DNA from: Candidatus Bathyarchaeota archaeon
GTDB taxonomy: Archaea > Thermoproteota > Bathyarchaeia > Bathyarchaeales > Bathycorpusculaceae
Direction of reading: 5' to 3'
Assembly: GCA_963772455.1 (NCBI GenBank)
Contig: CAVYXJ010000013.1
Location: forward strand, 32,001 to 96,000
DNA: 64,000 nucleotides
This document shows, one piece after another, positions 63,812 to 64,000 of this stretch. The position numbers and the translations under genes were made by a program. Under the pieces are notes generated by a model. That model was not told where the DNA came from, made no database searches, and saw nothing but the letters and a program-made list of their open reading frames with translations. Position 1 is the first letter of the stretch; each line of letters opens with the position of its first letter.

Positions 63812-64000
63812 ATGGGAAACATTACAGTAGCCATCCTAGGACCAGTAGATTACGGCAGTAACCTTGCCAAAAAAGGAACATCAACAGATATAACTCTCTA
63901 TAACCTAAAAAAAGGCGAAGACACCGTAACCTTCATCGAACCCACAAGATACCCTGAACGATTGGCGCCATTGTTCTATGCTTGTGCCTTGGCAAAAAAA
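63812..64000 (+). CDS. EF-Tu/SelB-like archaeal translation factor homolog (partial)
   Basis: MGNITVAILG...LAKKGTSTDITLYN...FIEPTRYPERLAPL, runs off the window. Confidence 0.65.
   Translation, partial: MGNITVAILGPVDYGSNLAKKGTSTDITLYNLKKGEDTVTFIEPTRYPERLAPLFYACALAKK

Overview
Low-GC archaeal chromosome segment. Most likely Bathyarchaeia (TACK); this is inferred from gene content (HdrA-MvhD fusion, Mch, CitG-like protein, eL22-like ribosomal protein, archaeal uS12/uS7/P1, PheRS). Positions 1-42.6 kb and 58.6-64 kb are mostly housekeeping: DNA ligase, NreA, thioredoxin, a Zn/Mn ABC transporter, pheST, rps12/rps7, a DRG GTPase, ino1, PGI/PMI, a SPOUT methyltransferase and three tRNAs. A box C/D sRNA whose D guide fits 16S C1402 and three paralogous nucleotidyltransferases beside citG also lie there. 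The stand-out region is 43.5-58.6 kb: two related elements inserted in tandem at tRNA-Ala(GGC) by an SSV-type (att-split) tyrosine integrase with a ribbon-helix-helix-like N-terminus. Each element holds a different array of surface-protein genes between the same conserved flanks. The genes share signal peptides and C-terminal anchors. They are joined by a mosaic ~100-bp junction repeat containing the upstream stop codon, paired GTMAA-N6-TTKAC palindromes and a leaderless promoter. Both arrays are bracketed by CACG-N7-CGTG sites that mimic the att anticodon arm. This looks like an undescribed integron-like surface-protein cassette system, but recombination is inferred, not shown. Many single-base frameshifts, even in essential pheT, point to assembly indel errors, so split genes should not be taken as pseudogenes.
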